Source of the DNA: an uncultured Candidatus Rokubacteria bacterium
Lineage (GTDB): Bacteria; Methylomirabilota; Methylomirabilia; Rokubacteriales; CSP1-6
Direction of reading: 5' to 3'
NCBI GenBank assembly: GCA_963754315.1
Contig: CAVWFS010000019.1
Span: 576,001-640,000 of the forward strand
Length of the DNA: 64,000 nt
The position numbers and the translations under genes are program-made. Shown in pieces: positions 31,688 to 40,636 of this stretch. The first letter of the stretch is position 1, and the number at the start of each line of letters is the position of its first letter. The notes under the pieces were generated by a model. The model searched no databases. It had not been told where the DNA came from and saw nothing but the letters and a program-made list of their open reading frames with translations.

Positions 31688-32031
31688 GCGCGAAGTGGCG
31701 CTTCGACAAGTCCCTGGATTTCTCGAAACTCAACGGCCTGGTCCCGGTCATCATCCAGCACGCCGACTCCGGTGATGTCCTCATGTGTGGGTTCATGAAC
31801 GACGAGGCGTGGCAAAGGACCCTCGAGACGGGCCAGGTGACGCTCTTCCGCCGTACGCTCGGTCGCGTGTGGACCAAGGGAGAAGACGACGGCCACTACG
31901 TCGACGCCACCGAGATCCTCGTGGACTGTGACGACGACACGGTGATCGTGAAGGGTCGCCCGACCGGTAACCTGTGTGGCCACGGGTTCCCGGGCTGCTT
32001 CATTCACAAGGCTACGCCTGCGCGTAGCTGA
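31684..32031 (+). CDS. hisI: Phosphoribosyl-AMP cyclohydrolase (HisI)-like protein, divergent
   Basis: GLVPVIIQ, VLMCGFMN, WTKGE, DCDDD, C.HG..GCF; ATGA overlap. Confidence 0.8.
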   Translation: MSAKWRFDKSLDFSKLNGLVPVIIQHADSGDVLMCGFMNDEAWQRTLETGQVTLFRRTLGRVWTKGEDDGHYVDATEILVDCDDDTVIVKGRPTGNLCGHGFPGCFIHKATPARS

Positions 32032-32037
32032 CGGCGA

Positions 32038-33300
32038 ATGGCCGGACCCGCGCGTGGCCGCTACCGGCTCGACTGCGGCCGCCTTCTGGACGGGGTGGGC
32101 GGCATGCTCCTGCGCGTGTCGATCATCGTCGACGGTGCCACCATCGTGGCCGTCGATCGCAGCGCCGAGATCCCCCCGGCTTTCCGGGGTGCCACCGTGA
32201 TCGATCTCACCCGGCACACCGTGCTCCCCGGCCTCATCGACACCCATCTGCATTTCGGCATCGATCCGAGCCGTCTCGAGACAATGCTGGTCAAGGACCT
32301 GGCCACGGAGATGGCGATCCGAGCTGTCGTCGACGCCCGGCACACCCTGATGGGCGGCATCACCTCCACCCGACTCATGGGCACCCTGAAGGGCTTCGGC
32401 GACATCGCGTTGCGTAACACCATCGAGGAAGGGCTCGTGCCGGGCCCGCGCATCCTCGCCTGCGGCGAGATGATCTCGATCCCCGGAGGCCACGGCGAGA
32501 TCGTGGTAGCCGCCCCCGAGCATCGGCTGAACCTTGCCACTGCCATCGCGAGCGGCCCCGACGACTGCCGGCGCGCGGCGCGCGAGCTGATTCGCCGCGG
32601 CGTGGATTTTCTCAAGGTCGCCGCCAGCGGTGGCATGTTCTCGCAGGCAGATGAGATTGGTCCGCGCCAGCTCACCGCCAGCGAGATGCGCGCCATCGTG
32701 GAGGAAGGCCTCGCCCACGGGCGGCCGGTCGCTGCCCACGCCCAGGGGCTGGCCGGTATCCGCGAGGCCCTCACCGCCGGCGTGAGCTCGATCGAGCATG
32801 GCTTCTTTCTCGACGAGGCCACGGTGGAGACGATGGTGAGGCAGTCGACGTTTCTGGTGCCCACCCTCTCGGTCCCGGTGGAGTTCCTCCGACGGGGCAC
32901 GGCCGGTGGACTGCCCGACTACGCTGTGCGGAAGGCGCGCGGCGTGGTGGAGGCCACGCGCGCGTCGTTCCTGCGCGCCTACCAGGCCGGTGTGCGCATC
33001 GCCATGGGCAGCGACAATGGGTTCCCCGACCTGCACGGCAAGAACGCGATCGAGATTGCGCTCATGGCCGAGTACGGCATGCGCGCCAAGGACATCGTGT
33101 GCGCGTCCACCGGCGTGGCGGCGCAGTGTCTCGGACGGGGCGACCGCATCGGTCGTATCGCCGCTGGCTTCCTGGCCGACATCATCGCCGTGCCCGGCGA
33201 TCCGCTCGCGGACGTCCGCCTTCTCGGCGACGCCGCGTTCGTCATGAAGGACGGGGTCATCTACAAGTCACCGTCGAATGCCGTGGGAGCACCGACATGA
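32038..33300 (+). CDS. Metal-dependent amidohydrolase (Xaa-Pro dipeptidase-like subgroup)
   Basis: PGLIDTHLH, LKV..SGG, AAHAQG, SIEHG, GSD, G.LADIIAV. Confidence 0.92.
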   Translation: MAGPARGRYRLDCGRLLDGVGGMLLRVSIIVDGATIVAVDRSAEIPPAFRGATVIDLTRHTVLPGLIDTHLHFGIDPSRLETMLVKDLATEMAIRAVVDARHTLMGGITSTRLMGTLKGFGDIALRNTIEEGLVPGPRILACGEMISIPGGHGEIVVAAPEHRLNLATAIASGPDDCRRAARELIRRGVDFLKVAASGGMFSQADEIGPRQLTASEMRAIVEEGLAHGRPVAAHAQGLAGIREALTAGVSSIEHGFFLDEATVETMVRQSTFLVPTLSVPVEFLRRGTAGGLPDYAVRKARGVVEATRASFLRAYQAGVRIAMGSDNGFPDLHGKNAIEIALMAEYGMRAKDIVCASTGVAAQCLGRGDRIGRIAAGFLADIIAVPGDPLADVRLLGDAAFVMKDGVIYKSPSNAVGAPT

Positions 33301-34226
33301 GCACGCCCCGCGTTCTCGTCATCGGTTCCGCCAACATCGACTACGCGGTGACTGTCGAGCGCCTGCCGGCGCCGGGCGAGACGGCCAGCGGCGGTACCTT
33401 GCTCGTTAACCACGGCGGAAAGGGCGCCAACCAGGCGGTGGCGGCGCGGCGACTGGGGGCCGAGGTGCGCTTCGTGGGTTGCGTCGGCGACGATCCCTCG
33501 GGGGCCGCCGTGCGCGCCGCCCTCACCGCGGAGGGCATCGATGTGACCGGCCTGGTGACCTCGTCTGAGGCTCGAACCGGGACCGCGCTCATCGTCGTCG
33601 ATGCCGCCGGACGCAATCAGATCGCGGTGGCTCCGGGCGCCAATCATCGGCTGACCATCGAAGGGATCGAGGGGGCCTTGGCGGATCTCGGCTGGGCGCA
33701 GGTGCTGGTGTGCCAGCTCGAGACACCGGTCTCGACCGTGCAGCATGCGCTGGCGGCGGCTCGAGCGCGCGGTGTGCCGACCGTGCTCAATCCGGCTCCC
33801 GTGCAGGCCGTGCCGGATGAGGTCTGGCCGCTCGTCGACTACCTCACGCCCAACGAGGGTGAGGCCGCGCAGCTGAGCGGGTTGGCGGTGGGCAGCCTCG
33901 ACGAGGCCCGCGCGGCCGGGCGGGCGCTGGCCGCGCGCGGACCGCGGACGGTCGTGGTAACCCTCGGCGAGCAGGGGGCCATCGCGTGTGGCGCCACGTC
34001 GTCCCTGCACGTTCCTGCGCTGCCCGTCCGCGCCGTCGACACCACGGCCGCCGGCGATGCGTTCAACGCGGCCCTTGCGGTGGGCATCGCACGCGGGCAG
34101 CCGTTGGCAGGCGCTCTCAGATTTGCCGCGATTGCGGCCGGGTTGACCTGTACCCGGCGGGGAGCCCAAGACTCGCTGCCGAGGGGAGACGAGGTCGAGG
34201 CCGCCCTCATTCGCGGTTCCGTCTGA
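33297..34226 (+). CDS. rbsK: Ribokinase
   Basis: GSANID, GGKGANQAVAA, QLE, LNPAP, PNEGEA, TLGEQG, DTTAAGDAF; ATGA overlap. Confidence 0.92.
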   Translation: MSTPRVLVIGSANIDYAVTVERLPAPGETASGGTLLVNHGGKGANQAVAARRLGAEVRFVGCVGDDPSGAAVRAALTAEGIDVTGLVTSSEARTGTALIVVDAAGRNQIAVAPGANHRLTIEGIEGALADLGWAQVLVCQLETPVSTVQHALAAARARGVPTVLNPAPVQAVPDEVWPLVDYLTPNEGEAAQLSGLAVGSLDEARAAGRALAARGPRTVVVTLGEQGAIACGATSSLHVPALPVRAVDTTAAGDAFNAALAVGIARGQPLAGALRFAAIAAGLTCTRRGAQDSLPRGDEVEAALIRGSV

Positions 34227-34376
34227 ATTCTCGTCTGGCCCAGACCCCAGGAACCGACTAGAATACCCGGCGGTTTCGGATGTGCTGATCCTGCCATCAC
34301 GACGACGTGCGCGACCCGGCGATTCGTCGATCTTCGTCTTACATGCAAGGCATCTCAGCGCGAGGAGGCAACGACA

Positions 34377-35642
34377 ATGAACACGACCCGGCGAAACTTC
34401 ATCAAAGTCCTGGGCGGCGGGGCGGCCGCGACCCAGCTCGGCGCCGCCCCCGCCTTCGCCCAAACTGGGACCGTCAAGCTGGGCGTTCTGGTCATCAAAT
34501 CGGGCGTGGCCGCCCAGGTCGGCGAGTCCGGTCTGCGCGGAACCCAGTGGGGGGTCGACCGGGTCAATGCGGGAGGAGGCATCCTCGGGCGCAAGATCGA
34601 GCTCGTGGTCGAGGAAGAGTCGAGTCCCAAGGACACCGTGGAGCGCTTCCGTAAGCTCGCCCTGCAGAACAAGGTGGACGTGATCACGGGCGGTATCTCG
34701 ACTGGTGTCGGGCTCGCATTGGGTCCGGTGGCCGAGGAGCTCAAGGCACTCTGGTTGTCCTGGGACGCCACCACCCAGAAGGGCGTCGAGGAGACGATGC
34801 CCAAGCCGAAGTACGCGTTCCGCTCCTGCGACAACGAGTGCGAGGCGATCATGGCCTCCATCCTCACCGCCCGTAACTGGAAGGGCAAGATCAAGACCGT
34901 AGCCGGGATCAACCCCGACTACTCGTACGGGCGCGACAACTGGGCCGCCTTTCTTGCGGTCATGAAGCGGTACGACATGGGGGTTACCCCCGTGGTCGAT
35001 CTCTGGCCCAAGCTCGGGACCACGGACTTCACCTCTCACGTCGCGGCTCTCCAGCAGGCCAAACCCGACCTCATCTTCTCCTCCTTCTGGGCAGCGGACG
35101 CCTCGATCTTCCTGAAGCAAGCGCACGCGGCGGGCCTCATCCCCGCTACCCGGCTCGTCTTCACCACGGCCGGCGGCGTGCACGAGACGCTCAAGAAGGC
35201 CTTCACGCCGGAGGGCATGATCCTCGGCTACAACACCATGTACTTCGAGGATCCCAAGGCGAGCGCGCTCCAGAAGGAGTTCGTCAAGTGGCACCAGGAG
35301 AAGTTCAAGGAATGGCCGAACTACGAGTCCGACCACGCGTACTTCACGGTGGTGGCCTACAAGGCGGCCGTGGAAAAGGCGGCCAAGGCGGCGGGGGGCA
35401 AGTGGCCCACACCCGAACAGATCATCCCGGCCTTGGAGGGGCTCGAGGTGGAATCCTTGTCGGGGATGCGCCGCTACCGCGAGGATCACATCATGGAGGC
35501 CAACTTCTACCAGGGCTTCACCACCTACAAGAACAGCTACGACTTCGTGACCATCAATCCCGTCGAGATGATGACCACCAAGCAGGTGCAGAAGCCTTCC
35601 GGCGTCGGCCTCTACGACTGGATCAACGGCTGGAAGGTGTGA
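34377..35642 (+). CDS. Liv-type ABC transporter substrate-binding protein with Tat signal
   Basis: TRRNFIK twin-Arg, NAGGGILGRKIELV, PDYSYG, TDFTSHV; GAGGAGG RBS. Confidence 0.92.
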   Translation: MNTTRRNFIKVLGGGAAATQLGAAPAFAQTGTVKLGVLVIKSGVAAQVGESGLRGTQWGVDRVNAGGGILGRKIELVVEEESSPKDTVERFRKLALQNKVDVITGGISTGVGLALGPVAEELKALWLSWDATTQKGVEETMPKPKYAFRSCDNECEAIMASILTARNWKGKIKTVAGINPDYSYGRDNWAAFLAVMKRYDMGVTPVVDLWPKLGTTDFTSHVAALQQAKPDLIFSSFWAADASIFLKQAHAAGLIPATRLVFTTAGGVHETLKKAFTPEGMILGYNTMYFEDPKASALQKEFVKWHQEKFKEWPNYESDHAYFTVVAYKAAVEKAAKAAGGKWPTPEQIIPALEGLEVESLSGMRRYREDHIMEANFYQGFTTYKNSYDFVTINPVEMMTTKQVQKPSGVGLYDWINGWKV

Positions 35643-35691
35643 GGCTGATCGCCCTCTGATCGCGCAGAGCCTCAACATCCTGCTGGGCGGC

Positions 35692-36540
35692 GTGTTCCAC
35701 GCGGCCACCCTGTTCCTGGTGGCCGCGGGCCTGCAGCTCGTCTTCGGCGTGCAGAAGATCGTCAATCTGGCCTGCGGTTCCTTCTACGCGTTGGGGGCTT
35801 ACTTCGGGATCTCGGTGGTGACCTGGGCTCTGCAGGCCGGGTTGCCTCCTCCCCTGTTCCTTCCCGTGCTGGTGGCGGCCGGCCTCGTGCTGGCCGCCAT
35901 CGGGCCCCTGGTCGAGCGCCTCCTGCGCCTCATCTACGATCGTGACGAGAGCTTCCAGATGTTGCTCACCTTCGCTCTCGTCCTCATGTTCGAGGACGTC
36001 ATCCGGCGCTTGTGGGGGACTTCTCCCTATCAGCTCGGCCAGGTCTATCTCGCCTACGGCCAGCTCCGCGTGGCCGGACTCACCATCCCCGTCTACAACC
36101 TCATCGTCATCGCGGCTGGCGTCGCCATCGCCGCCCTCATGGGGTGGTTCCTCGCCCGCACGCGGTTCGGGCGCATCGTGCGGGCCAGCGCCGAGAATCG
36201 CGCGATGAGCGAAGCCCTCGGCGTCGACATGTCGCGCCTCTACGCACGCGTCTTCACTTTGGGGACGGCCCTGGGGACGGTAGGCGGCGCCCTGGTGGTG
36301 CCGGCCACGGCGGCCTCCATCGAGATCGCGGTGGAGCTCATCGTGGAGGCGTTCGCGGTCGTGGTCATCGGGGGTCTGGGAAGCATGCGGGGCGCCTTCG
36401 TGGGTGCCCTCATCGTGGGCGTCATGCGCGCGGTGGCCATCGCCACCTATCCCGAAGTCGAGATGCTGGCCATCTATCTGGTGGTCGTCGCCGTCCTCGT
36501 CCTGCGGCCGGCTGGCCTCTTCGCCAGGGCAGCGGCGTGA
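35692..36540 (+). CDS. livH: Branched-chain amino acid-type ABC permease (true start probably slightly upstream)
   Basis: GLQLVFG...VNLA.G, TRFGRIVRA, FAVVVIGGLGS. Confidence 0.88.
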   Translation: MFHAATLFLVAAGLQLVFGVQKIVNLACGSFYALGAYFGISVVTWALQAGLPPPLFLPVLVAAGLVLAAIGPLVERLLRLIYDRDESFQMLLTFALVLMFEDVIRRLWGTSPYQLGQVYLAYGQLRVAGLTIPVYNLIVIAAGVAIAALMGWFLARTRFGRIVRASAENRAMSEALGVDMSRLYARVFTLGTALGTVGGALVVPATAASIEIAVELIVEAFAVVVIGGLGSMRGAFVGALIVGVMRAVAIATYPEVEMLAIYLVVVAVLVLRPAGLFARAAA

Positions 36541-37484
36541 TACGGGCCTGGGTCCTCGCCGGAGCCGTGCTGGCCGTGCTCCTGGTACCGCTCCTGGGAC
36601 GCGACTACTACGCGACTCTGATGCTGCCGTTCTTCGGCTACGGCATCGCGCTCCTCGGGCTCAATCTGCTCTTCGGCTACACGGGCCTGCTCTCCTTCGG
36701 CCACGCCCTCTTCGTCGCTCTCGGCGCCTACGTGGCCGCCTTCTTCACCACGCGGCTCGGCATCCTGCACCTGGAGCTGATCCTGCTCGCCTCCATCCTG
36801 GCCGCGTTGGTGGTAGCCGTTCCCACCGGGCTCCTCTGCGTCCGCTACGTCAAGATCTACTTCGGCATGTTGACCCTCGCGTTCGGAATGCTGTTCTATT
36901 CGTTCCTGTACAAGTTCTATCACCTGACCGGCGGCGACGAGGGCATGAGAGTGCTGCGACCGAGGCTCTTCGGGCAGAGCTTCGAGTCCCTCGACAAGGT
37001 GCCGTTCCTCATCGGGCCGTACTACTACTACTCGCTGGCTCTACTCCTGGTGGCGGCGTTCGTGATGTGGCGCATCGTGCGTTCGCCCTTCGGTTTGTGC
37101 CTGCGCTCGATTCGCGAGAATCCCGACAAGGCCGAGTACCTCGGGGTGAGCGTCCGGCGTTATCGCTTCCTGGCCTTTCTCATCGCGGGGTTGTTCGGAG
37201 CGGTGGGGGGGACTCTGCTGACCATCCCCACCGGGCTCGCCGATCCGCTCCTCGCCTACTGGACACACTCTGGGAATCTCGTCTTCATGATGGTCCTGGG
37301 CGGCTTCGCGAATTTTCTCGGTCCCCTGCTCGGCGCCTTTGTGTTCATCTTCCTTCAGGATCAGATCATGTCGCTCACCGAGTACTGGCGTTTCGTGTTC
37401 GGGGCCATCCTGGCCATCGTGGTGATCTTCTTCCCGCGGGGGCTCATGGGGCTCTTCGAGGGACAGGCTAAGGCGCGCGGGTGA
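36537..37484 (+). CDS. livM: Branched-chain amino acid-type ABC permease
   Basis: NLLFGYTGLLSFGHA, YFGMLTLAF, TGGDEG, SPFG..LRSIREN. Confidence 0.9.
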   Translation: MIRAWVLAGAVLAVLLVPLLGRDYYATLMLPFFGYGIALLGLNLLFGYTGLLSFGHALFVALGAYVAAFFTTRLGILHLELILLASILAALVVAVPTGLLCVRYVKIYFGMLTLAFGMLFYSFLYKFYHLTGGDEGMRVLRPRLFGQSFESLDKVPFLIGPYYYYSLALLLVAAFVMWRIVRSPFGLCLRSIRENPDKAEYLGVSVRRYRFLAFLIAGLFGAVGGTLLTIPTGLADPLLAYWTHSGNLVFMMVLGGFANFLGPLLGAFVFIFLQDQIMSLTEYWRFVFGAILAIVVIFFPRGLMGLFEGQAKARG

Positions 37485-38245
37485 GCTCACCGTTGCTGGA
37501 AGCGCAAGGCGTGCGCGCGCTCTATGGCGACTACGTGGCTCTCGACGGCGTGAGCCTGGCCGTGGACGAGGGGCAATTCGTGTCCATCGTCGGGCCCAAC
37601 GGGGCGGGCAAAACGACCCTGGTCAACGTCCTCACCGGCCTCCTGCGGCCGAGCACGGGGACCGTGCGCTTCAAGGGCGAGAACATCGCCGGGATCGGAC
37701 CCGTGAGGTTGGCCGCCCTCGGCATGGCCCGCAGCTTCCAGCTTGTCAACATCTTCCCCGCCCTCACCGTGGCCGAAACCATCGCGGTAGCCGTGGTCTC
37801 GCAGCTCGGGCGCGGCCTCTCCTGGTGGGCCACCCTAGGTCGCGACCAGCGAGTGACGGCGCGGGTGGCCGAGGTGGCTGATCTCTTCGGCTTCGCCACC
37901 AAGCTCGATCTCCCGGCGCGCACGTTGTCCCAGGGCGACAAGAAACTGCTCGACGTCGCGAGCGCCTTCGCGCTGATGCCCCAAATCATCCTGCTCGACG
38001 AGCCGACGAGCGGCGTCAGCACCCGCGACAAGAACACCATCATGGAAACCCTGGTGGGCGCGGCCAAGCGGATCGGAATCAAGGCCATCATTCAGGTCGA
38101 GCACGACATGGACATCGTGTTTTCGTACTCCGACCGCATCATCGCCTTGCACCAGGGTCGGGTCCTGGCCGACACCACCCCCGAGGGCATCCGCCGGGAC
38201 GAGCAGGTGGTCGCAACCGTCATCGGCAAGACCCACCGTTCGTAA
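37481..38245 (+). CDS. livG: ABC ATP-binding protein
   Basis: GPNGAGKTT, GMARSFQ, LLDEPTSG, VEHDMD. Confidence 0.9.
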   Translation: MSSPLLEAQGVRALYGDYVALDGVSLAVDEGQFVSIVGPNGAGKTTLVNVLTGLLRPSTGTVRFKGENIAGIGPVRLAALGMARSFQLVNIFPALTVAETIAVAVVSQLGRGLSWWATLGRDQRVTARVAEVADLFGFATKLDLPARTLSQGDKKLLDVASAFALMPQIILLDEPTSGVSTRDKNTIMETLVGAAKRIGIKAIIQVEHDMDIVFSYSDRIIALHQGRVLADTTPEGIRRDEQVVATVIGKTHRS

Positions 38246-38961
38246 TGCTGCAGCTCTCCGGGTTGAACGTCTCGATCCAGGCCAGCCACATCCTGCACGA
38301 TGTCAGCCTGGAAGTGGGAGCCCGCGAGCTTGTCTGCCTGGTCGGCCGCAACGGCGCCGGCAAGACGACGACATTGCGCACCATCATGGGTTACCTACGC
38401 CCGGAGAGCGGCACCATCGCATTCCAGGGCCACTCGCTGGTGGGCCGACCCACCCACGCCATCGCCACTCTGGGCATCGGCTTCTCCCCCGAGGAGAGCG
38501 CGATCTTCGGCGATCTCACGGTGGCCGAAAACATCGAGATGGCCACCTGGACGCGTCCAAGCGGACGGCCCGCCGCCGAGCGGGTGGCCCTCGCCTACGA
38601 GGTGTTTCCCCGCCTGAAGGGCTACGGGGCGCGCGGGGGCAATCAGCTCTCGGGCGGGGAGCGCAAGATGCTCTCCATCGCCCGCGCCCTCGCCCTCGAT
38701 CCCGACCTGCTCCTCCTCGACGAGCCGTTCGAAGGCCTCTCCCCCGCCATCATTCCGTCTATCAGCGAGAGCATCGCCGCCATTGCCCGCCGCGGGCACG
38801 GCATCCTGCTCGCGGAGTCGAACATTCACCACGTGCCCGAGTACACCACGCGTCTCTACGTCATCGAGCGAGGGGAGATCATCTTCGCCGGCTCGCCGCA
38901 CGACGCCCACCGCGATGGGGCTGTCTTGCGTATCATCGGGGGGGCTCCCGCCGACTCCTGA
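38245..38961 (+). CDS. livF: ABC ATP-binding protein
   Basis: GRNGAGKTT, FPRL, LSGGERKML, LLDEPFEGLSP. Confidence 0.9.
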   Translation: MLQLSGLNVSIQASHILHDVSLEVGARELVCLVGRNGAGKTTTLRTIMGYLRPESGTIAFQGHSLVGRPTHAIATLGIGFSPEESAIFGDLTVAENIEMATWTRPSGRPAAERVALAYEVFPRLKGYGARGGNQLSGGERKMLSIARALALDPDLLLLDEPFEGLSPAIIPSISESIAAIARRGHGILLAESNIHHVPEYTTRLYVIERGEIIFAGSPHDAHRDGAVLRIIGGAPADS

Positions 38962-39204
38962 GAACGATCGGGCATCCAGGGCCATGCGGAATTTGCTGAT
39001 CTCGAACGGCATCCTCACCCGGGCCGGGAAGCTCAACCGGGAGACGGCGGCCAGGCTCGGCTGGACAGTCAACGACGATGAGGGTACCGTACAGCGCTGA
39101 TCCGGCGTCGGTGATCGGGTTGGCGGGGGGACCCTGATGATGCGAAAGTGCCGCGATCGGCGTGCCGAGGCACGCGACTCCCCGCGCATCGTAGGAGGTT
39201 TCAC

Positions 39205-40227
39205 ATGACCGCACCGTTGCCACTTATCCCCACCGCCGTCGTCGGCTCCCACGGCAAGCCCGGCTGGTGGTTCGCCTCGGTGAAGGCCCTGGAGCAGGGG
39301 GACTTCGGGCCCGCCGATCTGGACGAGATGTTCGACGACGCTGCCGATACCGCCATCCGCGACATGGAGGGAGCCGGCATCGACATCATCACCGATGGTG
39401 AAGTGCGTCGGCTCGACGGTTACGTGGACTCCTACTATGCCATCATCAAAGGTATCCAGCCGCTGCCCATCCGGCGGAAGGCGGGTCCGTGGGGCTACGA
39501 TCAGCAGACGCGCTACGAGGCGGTGGGCCGCATCGAGACCCCGACCGGCGGGCTCGGGATCATCAAGGAGTTCGAGTACCTCCGGGCCCACACCACGCGC
39601 CACCTCAAGGCCACCTGCGCCGGCCCTCTCACCTTCGGCTCGCGCATCCATCCCGGCCGCCTGTACAAGGGCGTGGTCGACGTGGCCGAGCGCTTCGCCG
39701 AGGTCATTAACATCGAGCTGAAGGGTTTGGTGGCGGCCGGGGCGAACTTCATCCAGCTCGACGAGCCCGCCCGCGGGAACGTTTCTGGCGAGGAAATGGC
39801 CCGTCTCTTCAACCTGGCCACCGAGGGTGTCTCGGCGAAGCTCGCCTTTCACATCTGCTTCGGCAACCGCTTCGGGCGTTCGCGCTTTCTGAGGAGCTAT
39901 GCGCCGTACTTCCCGGGCATCCTCAAGGCGCGCGCGGATCAGTTCGTGCTGGAGTTTGCGGGGCGTGAGCTGTCGGAGATCGACCTCTGGCAGAAATACG
40001 GTGATGGCCGTGAGCTAGGAGCAGGCGTGATCGACGTGAAGGGGTTCAATCCTGACACGCCGGAAGACGTCGCCAAGCGCATCCGTAAGGTCCTGGAGGT
40101 CTGCCGGCCCGACAAACTGACCGTCAACCCCGACTGCGGCTTTGGCTGGAGCCCGCGTTACATGTGCAACGAAAAGCTACGAGGCCTGGCGGCAGGAGTC
40201 GCCCTCGTCCGCAAGGAGATCGCCTGA
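39205..40227 (+). CDS. Cobalamin-independent methionine synthase II family (single-barrel MetE-like) Zn enzyme
   Basis: VVGS, TDGEVRR, IQLDEP, HIC.GN, LEF, GVIDVK, PDCGF; AGGAGG RBS. Confidence 0.9.
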   Translation: MTAPLPLIPTAVVGSHGKPGWWFASVKALEQGDFGPADLDEMFDDAADTAIRDMEGAGIDIITDGEVRRLDGYVDSYYAIIKGIQPLPIRRKAGPWGYDQQTRYEAVGRIETPTGGLGIIKEFEYLRAHTTRHLKATCAGPLTFGSRIHPGRLYKGVVDVAERFAEVINIELKGLVAAGANFIQLDEPARGNVSGEEMARLFNLATEGVSAKLAFHICFGNRFGRSRFLRSYAPYFPGILKARADQFVLEFAGRELSEIDLWQKYGDGRELGAGVIDVKGFNPDTPEDVAKRIRKVLEVCRPDKLTVNPDCGFGWSPRYMCNEKLRGLAAGVALVRKEIA

Positions 40228-40230
40228 GCC

Positions 40231-40596
40231 ATGCCCAAGGCCGAACGGGAGTTCTTTACACCCGACCAGTTACCGTGGCGACCGGTGGCCGGCTCTGTCA
40301 CCGGGGGCGCGGGCGGTCCCGGCGTGAGCGAGAAGGTGCTCGCCCACGATCCCGACACGGGCGATGTGACTCGCCTCCTTCGATTCGAGGCGGGGGTGGA
40401 GACCCGAGAGACGATCACCCACGACTTCTGGGAGGAAGTGTGGATCCTGGAGGGCGGGTTGATCGATCTCGGCAAGGGGCAAGCGTTTACGGCCGGGATG
40501 TACGCCTGTCGGCCCCCCGGCATGGTGCACGGCCCCTATCGCGTTCCCGCCGGCGGCTGCATCACCTTCGAGATACGCTACGGCAAGAAGGCCTGA
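40231..40596 (+). CDS. Cupin (ChrR-like) protein
   Basis: HDFWEEVWILEG, YACRPPGMVHGP. Confidence 0.85.
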   Translation: MPKAEREFFTPDQLPWRPVAGSVTGGAGGPGVSEKVLAHDPDTGDVTRLLRFEAGVETRETITHDFWEEVWILEGGLIDLGKGQAFTAGMYACRPPGMVHGPYRVPAGGCITFEIRYGKKA

Positions 40597-40636
40597 CGTT
40601 GCGTCAGAGCACCCTCATCCGCAAAGGAGAGCGTCG

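Noticed and set aside
33261..35765. 834-aa minus-strand ORF (also 45742..47532, 31594..33036, 38395..39852 and similar)
   Set aside because: Antisense shadows of well-supported genes; expected in high-GC DNA; no motifs
39134..39147. Hammerhead core (CTGATGA...GAAA) or fluoride riboswitch
   Set aside because: Only 3 nt separate the core halves, so stem II cannot form; the upstream GGTGAT lacks the matching crcB-motif pairing
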